32,000 bases of DNA from Synechococcus sp. Lineage in GTDB: Bacteria > Cyanobacteriota > Cyanobacteriia > Thermostichales > PCC-7336. The position numbers were made by a program, and so were the translations under genes. Below, in pieces: positions 27,983-32,000 of this stretch. Positions within the stretch are counted from its first letter, which is position 1; each line of letters starts with the position of its first letter. A model generated the notes under the pieces. It ran no database searches and had not been told where the DNA came from. It saw only the letters and a program-made list of their open reading frames with translations. The stretch covers positions 109,853-141,852 of the forward strand of contig JBFRWN010000044.1 in NCBI GenBank assembly GCA_051439605.1, in the 5' to 3' direction.

Positions 27983-29137
27983 TTACCGTTTCTTAAGATG
28001 TAAAGAGACATGGATGATTTGCTGAAGAGATTCGGGAACTTCTAAATAGATTGCATTCGCAATCTCTCCGAAAATAGTTGCTAAAGAACCAGGATATATC
28101 ATAATTGACAAGCCATATTTAACAAGACAAGCAGTCAGAGCAAGCTCTTCGATTAAATATTGGCGAGACAATTCTACAAAGTTTTCGAAATTGTCAGCAT
28201 TCCGTTCGATGTGCCGAAGTGTAAAGTCATCGGCACAAGCTTTAACTGAAAGGGCAAATCTGCTATCTTGGGCAACTAAATCTTCTATTCGCTTGAGATT
28301 TTTATAATACTCATCTGAATTTTCGATCTCTGAAGCACAGATCGTATCGATATGGCAGGTGTCTGCATGTCGTTCAAAGATGCCGCTTGACTTGTCTATG
28401 AATTCTCTCCCGAGAAGCAGTGCTTTGGTACGTGCTCGCCTTTCGCCAATACCTCTGTGGATTTGCAATGTATATTGATGAATGCTATCAGCAATAAATA
28501 CCGTGCATCTCTTGTAATGATTTGCGATCCAATCTACTGTTGCTATCAACCTTGGCATTGAAAATTTTTTGTTTTCTAAACTTACTCCTAAAAAGCAATG
28601 TTCGTTCTGATTAAGCTTTTTCCGAGCAGTATTCGGAATAACATTGCTCACCAGTGCGCGATATCTAGAGCGAGTTAAAAAGGATATTTCCTGTCGCGGT
28701 TTTATCAGCTTTTCGTATTCTCTATACTCCATTCTCAAGAGATGTCGGTAAGACCCTAGATAACAGGAAATTTCTTGATTTTGGAGCAAATCTTGCGCAA
28801 GTATGGTTTCCATCTGATAGATATTTCCGAAGGGGGGGATGGTACCATACTCGCACCCGGGAAATAACTGGCTAGCTTCTTGTCGATCGATCAACCTAAC
28901 CTGGGTTGTCCCTAAAGCTTTTTGAAGAGATCCCAAATTAATTGCTAAACTCGCGGGGATCACCACCATAGCTTTGTGATGATGTTCGATTTCTACGATT
29001 ACAGCTTCAATTAGCTCCATTCCTAACATGGATTTATAGTCCGAAAGTTCCTGCTCTGTACAAGCTGGTGAATGTTCGATCGTTATATATTTGATCTTGT
29101 TCTGATTTAAAACATCCTGGACTTTCTGAATCATCAT
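27983..29137 (-). CDS. Fusion protein: N-terminal YbaK/ProX-type aminoacyl-tRNA trans-editing domain + C-terminal cyclodipeptide synthase (CDPS) domain
   Basis: 384 aa. Residues 1-~148 match the tRNA_edit fold: KVQDVLNQNKIKYITIEHSPACTE, KAMVVIPASLAINLGSLQKALGTTQVRLIDRQEASQLFPGCEYGTIPPFGNIYQMETILAQDLL..EISCYLGS. Residues ~175-384 carry the CDPS signature. HCFLGVSLENKKFS holds Ser186 in the G-x-S catalytic context and Asn189. YLIEE gives Tyr327 and Glu331, and IMIYPGS gives Tyr348-Pro349. The Ser-to-Tyr spacing of 141 residues equals that of AlbC Ser37-Tyr178. Sampled 60-nt lines are about 25-45% GC, and there is no HIP1 site. Confidence 0.75.
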   Translation of the reverse strand: MMIQKVQDVLNQNKIKYITIEHSPACTEQELSDYKSMLGMELIEAVIVEIEHHHKAMVVIPASLAINLGSLQKALGTTQVRLIDRQEASQLFPGCEYGTIPPFGNIYQMETILAQDLLQNQEISCYLGSYRHLLRMEYREYEKLIKPRQEISFLTRSRYRALVSNVIPNTARKKLNQNEHCFLGVSLENKKFSMPRLIATVDWIANHYKRCTVFIADSIHQYTLQIHRGIGERRARTKALLLGREFIDKSSGIFERHADTCHIDTICASEIENSDEYYKNLKRIEDLVAQDSRFALSVKACADDFTLRHIERNADNFENFVELSRQYLIEELALTACLVKYGLSIMIYPGSLATIFGEIANAIYLEVPESLQQIIHVSLHLKKR

Positions 29138-29149
29138 GACCGATAAATT

Positions 29150-32000
29150 CTATATGTCGTGACAGACTTCTAGTTCTTTTTTGGCTTCGGGATGCGTGGC
29201 TAGATAATCCTTTAGCCAATTGCATCCCTTGTCTATGAGTTCCTCGTAGCTGGCAATTGGCCACAGATAAGCAATTCCATTGGCTGAAGCAGTGACTATC
29301 TGTTCTCCATCGGGACTGAAGCTGGCGCTATGGACTGCATCGCCTTGATGATCCGTAAAAAGAGGGAATAGTTTGCCCTGCAAGTCCCACTGGCGAACGG
29401 AGCCATCTGCCGAGCCAGTGAGCAAATGCTTCCCATCGTGACTGAAACTGACGCTATGGACTGCACCTTCGTGGCCAGCGAATTCTTCTTGCAGTTGATT
29501 GGTCTTTAAGTTCCACAGGCGAGCAGTTTTATCCGCCGATCCAGTCAATAGATAGTCTCCTTCAGGACTAAAGCTAACGCTCCAGATCCAGCCTGTATGG
29601 CCTGGGAATTCTTGCACTTGATTGCCCTGCAAGTCCCACAGTCGTGCCGTGCCGTCAGCCGATCCTGTCGCAACCTGCTGCCCGTCAGGACTGAATTGTA
29701 CACTCCATACCTCAGTCTTCTCGCCGACGACAGTTGCGAGTTCTATCACGTCTGCAACGTCTATAACCTCCCCTTGTGGACGATCTGGCAAGTCATAGAT
29801 ACGAACCGTGCCGTCAGACGAGCCAGTGACTAACTGCTGACCGTTGGGGCTAAAATCGACCCCCCAGACCCAATCCTTGTGACCAATAAATGTGGCTAGC
29901 TGATTCCCTTCTAAGTCCCACAAGCGGGCGCTACCATCTGCCGATCCGGTTGCAAGCTGCAGTTCGTTGGGGCTAAAACTCACCTCCAGTACCGTTCCCT
30001 CATGGCCGATAAAATTCGCTTGCTGATTCCCCTGCAAGTCCCATAAACGAGCGGTGCTATCTGCCGAACCTGTGGCTAGTTGCTGCCCGTTGGGGCTGAA
30101 ACTGGCGCTATAGATGAGACCCGAATGACCGATGAACTTAACCTGCTGCATATTCTTCAAGTTCCACAGTCGAGCAATGCCATCGGTCGAACCCGTTGCA
30201 AGCTGCTCTCCATTGGGACTGAACTCAACGCTCCAAACTTGGCCACGATGCCCTCTAAATTCTTCAAGTTGATCTCCCCGTAAGTTCCACAGGCGAGCTG
30301 TGCCGTCTTCCGAGCTTGTCACTAATTGCTGGCCATCCGAGCGGAACCGGATGTTATAAACCGGCCCACGGTGACCTCTCAATTCTTTCACTAGAGCACC
30401 CTGTAAATTCCACAGGCGAGCTCTTCCATCTTCTGCGCCGGTTGCTAACTGTTGCCCATCGGGACTGAAATTCACACTGTAGACTGCACCTTCGTGGCCT
30501 GTAAATTCGATCGAGCGATCGCCCTCGATATCCCACAGACGGGCGGTGCCACCTGCCGAACCCGTTGCGAGATACTTTCCATCGGGACTAAAGTTGACAC
30601 TCCAAATCCAGCCGTTGCTATCTGAGTATTCATGCAGGAGGTTGCCCTCTAAGTCCCACAGACAAGCTGTACCGTTATCCGAACCGGTAGCCCACTGCTG
30701 ACCATCGGGGCTAAAACTAATGCTCAAGACTTTGCCCTGAAGGTCCTTAGTGAATTGAATCAATCGATCGCCCTGTAAGTCCCACAGGCGAGCCGTACCA
30801 TCCCACGATCCAGTCGCTAGGTACTGACCATCGGGACTGAAACTGACAGTCTGGACTCTGTCCAGATGGCCTTCTAACTCTCGCAGTAGATTGCCCCGTA
30901 AATCCCATAAGCGGGCCACACCATCTTGCGAGCCGGTAGCCAGCTGCTGACCATCGGGACTGAAACTGACACTCCAGATTTCACTCTCAAGGGGTTGAAA
31001 TTGATTGCGTTCTTCAATCCCGTAAAGAATTTTCCCCAGTGCCATCACAACCGTCGGTGCTTGTGCAAGTAGATTTTTTCCTTCACCCATTCTTTGTGCA
31101 GACTGCATTGACATCAGCAAGGCTTTTAACTGTGAAGAGGTCTCGAACTCGCGCAAAGCCTCTAACCCCTCCCGTTCCAGTTTCAATGCGCGCAGTCTAG
31201 ATTGACTTTCCCTAAAGACCAGTCCTCCGACTATGGTTGAGACTGTCAGACCGATCAAGAGTACTGCCGTCGCTTGTTGAAGCCGCTGCTTTGCCTTGCG
31301 AGAAGCATTATTGACGTGTTCTAGTGTTTTATTCGCTTGTTCCAGGCTTTGGTTGACTCGTTCCAGTTTTTGATTGGCTTTTTCTACTTTTTCCTTAGCG
31401 TGGCGTAATTTCTCTTTCGCATCTTGTTCCGCCTTCTTTGCTCGACGCTCGCTCTTCAACGCTGTTTCAATGTCCTGTTTCTCTCGTTCCCGACTGGCAT
31501 CTAAAAACTGATTGTCGTCATCGCTCAAGCTTTTCCCCTTTGCCCATACCTTCGCCTGCTGCAATGCCTCGCCCCGCAACAGACAGGTATCATCCTGGCG
31601 GTTGGAGGCAAGCCAAGCATTGAGGAATGCAGCATAGGGGCGCAGGTTCGCCAATTCCCCTGCCACCCAGTCCAAGTCAAAAATGGCCTGGTAGATAGGA
31701 TTGCGGGAGCGGATTTTATCCCGATCCTTCACCACCAACCCCGACAGGCGCAGGTCAATCTCCTCCAGACTTTCCGTAGCGCTAACTTCCCCCTGTTGCA
31801 GCACCCGTTCGTAAAGAGCCAGGATGCGCCCTTTACGGGGGTTAGGATTGCTCAAATCCTCTCTTAGCAGGCGATCGCGAATAGTCTTCAGGTGCTCGGG
31901 AACATCCTGTGCCTCCCACTTGTAAAGGATGCGATCGCGCACCAATTGGGCTACCCGGTCTAGCTCTTCCCCAGCAGCGATGGGGGACTCGGACGATTGA
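29150..32000 (-). CDS. Large WD40 signalling protein, 5'-truncated by the window: C-terminal part of an AAA-like/STAND-type module + coiled coil + one TM helix + 14 near-identical WD40 repeats
   Basis: The track start at 31945 is a TTG. The frame stays open to nt 32000 (...SPIAAGEELDRVAQ|LVRDRILYKWE), so the gene continues beyond the window. LRLSGLVV...NPIYQAIFDLDWV...LRPYAAFLNAWLASNRQDDTCLLRGEALQQAKVWAKGKSLSDDDNQFL is the usual tail of cyanobacterial AAA-like NTPase modules. A Lys/Glu coiled coil follows, then the TM helix ATAVLLIGLTVSTIVGGLVF (31214-31273). Fourteen units of FSPDGQQLATGS.DGTARLWDLQGN....F.GH.G.V.SV come next. The stop TAG at 29152-29150 is 12 nt before the next gene's ATG. 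Confidence 0.85.
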   Translation of the reverse strand, partial: QSSESPIAAGEELDRVAQLVRDRILYKWEAQDVPEHLKTIRDRLLREDLSNPNPRKGRILALYERVLQQGEVSATESLEEIDLRLSGLVVKDRDKIRSRNPIYQAIFDLDWVAGELANLRPYAAFLNAWLASNRQDDTCLLRGEALQQAKVWAKGKSLSDDDNQFLDASREREKQDIETALKSERRAKKAEQDAKEKLRHAKEKVEKANQKLERVNQSLEQANKTLEHVNNASRKAKQRLQQATAVLLIGLTVSTIVGGLVFRESQSRLRALKLEREGLEALREFETSSQLKALLMSMQSAQRMGEGKNLLAQAPTVVMALGKILYGIEERNQFQPLESEIWSVSFSPDGQQLATGSQDGVARLWDLRGNLLRELEGHLDRVQTVSFSPDGQYLATGSWDGTARLWDLQGDRLIQFTKDLQGKVLSISFSPDGQQWATGSDNGTACLWDLEGNLLHEYSDSNGWIWSVNFSPDGKYLATGSAGGTARLWDIEGDRSIEFTGHEGAVYSVNFSPDGQQLATGAEDGRARLWNLQGALVKELRGHRGPVYNIRFRSDGQQLVTSSEDGTARLWNLRGDQLEEFRGHRGQVWSVEFSPNGEQLATGSTDGIARLWNLKNMQQVKFIGHSGLIYSASFSPNGQQLATGSADSTARLWDLQGNQQANFIGHEGTVLEVSFSPNELQLATGSADGSARLWDLEGNQLATFIGHKDWVWGVDFSPNGQQLVTGSSDGTVRIYDLPDRPQGEVIDVADVIELATVVGEKTEVWSVQFSPDGQQVATGSADGTARLWDLQGNQVQEFPGHTGWIWSVSFSPEGDYLLTGSADKTARLWNLKTNQLQEEFAGHEGAVHSVSFSHDGKHLLTGSADGSVRQWDLQGKLFPLFTDHQGDAVHSASFSPDGEQIVTASANGIAYLWPIASYEELIDKGCNWLKDYLATHPEAKKELEVCHDI

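Noticed and set aside
1-32000. Scan of intergenic regions for tRNA/rRNA genes, CRISPR arrays, riboswitch-like leaders and NtcA (GTA-N8-TAC) sites.
   Set aside because: I could recognise no cloverleaf-compatible sequence with a GTTCGAATC-like T-arm, no regularly spaced direct repeats and no convincing NtcA box by eye. A covariance-model scan (tRNAscan-SE/Infernal) would be needed to be sure.

Overview
The window is a cyanobacterial chromosomal segment. I counted at least 27 copies of the HIP1 octamer GCGATCGC by eye, and sampled lines of the backbone run about 47-63% GC. Most of it is ordinary core or shell genes: purE, htpG, an RsbW-like kinase, a GT39/ArnT-like glycosyltransferase, two class-V aminotransferases, a coiled-coil protein, an orphan m5C methyltransferase, an alpha/beta hydrolase, dcd, a Tat-signal pseudo-orthocaspase, a GNAT, and scpA. 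Decay products are interspersed: an IS630 HTH relic, an SDR pseudogene and a heavily eroded chlD-like pseudogene. Two very large 14-blade WD40 signalling proteins sit at the two ends of the window. The most interesting part is the right-hand end, about 26.35-32.0 kb. GC drops visibly where the chlD-like homology breaks off. The low-GC segment holds an FHA domain fused to a multi-pass, possibly PrsW-like, membrane domain. Convergent with that gene is a 384-aa ORF that fuses a YbaK/ProX-type aminoacyl-tRNA editing domain to a cyclodipeptide synthase (CDPS) domain. This fusion ORF starts 12 nt after the stop of a membrane-anchored WD40 protein with near-identical repeats. I propose it as a candidate undescribed aminoacyl-tRNA-dependent module. 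I found no rRNA, tRNA or CRISPR array by eye. All homology statements come from motif recognition and remembered family signatures, not from searches.
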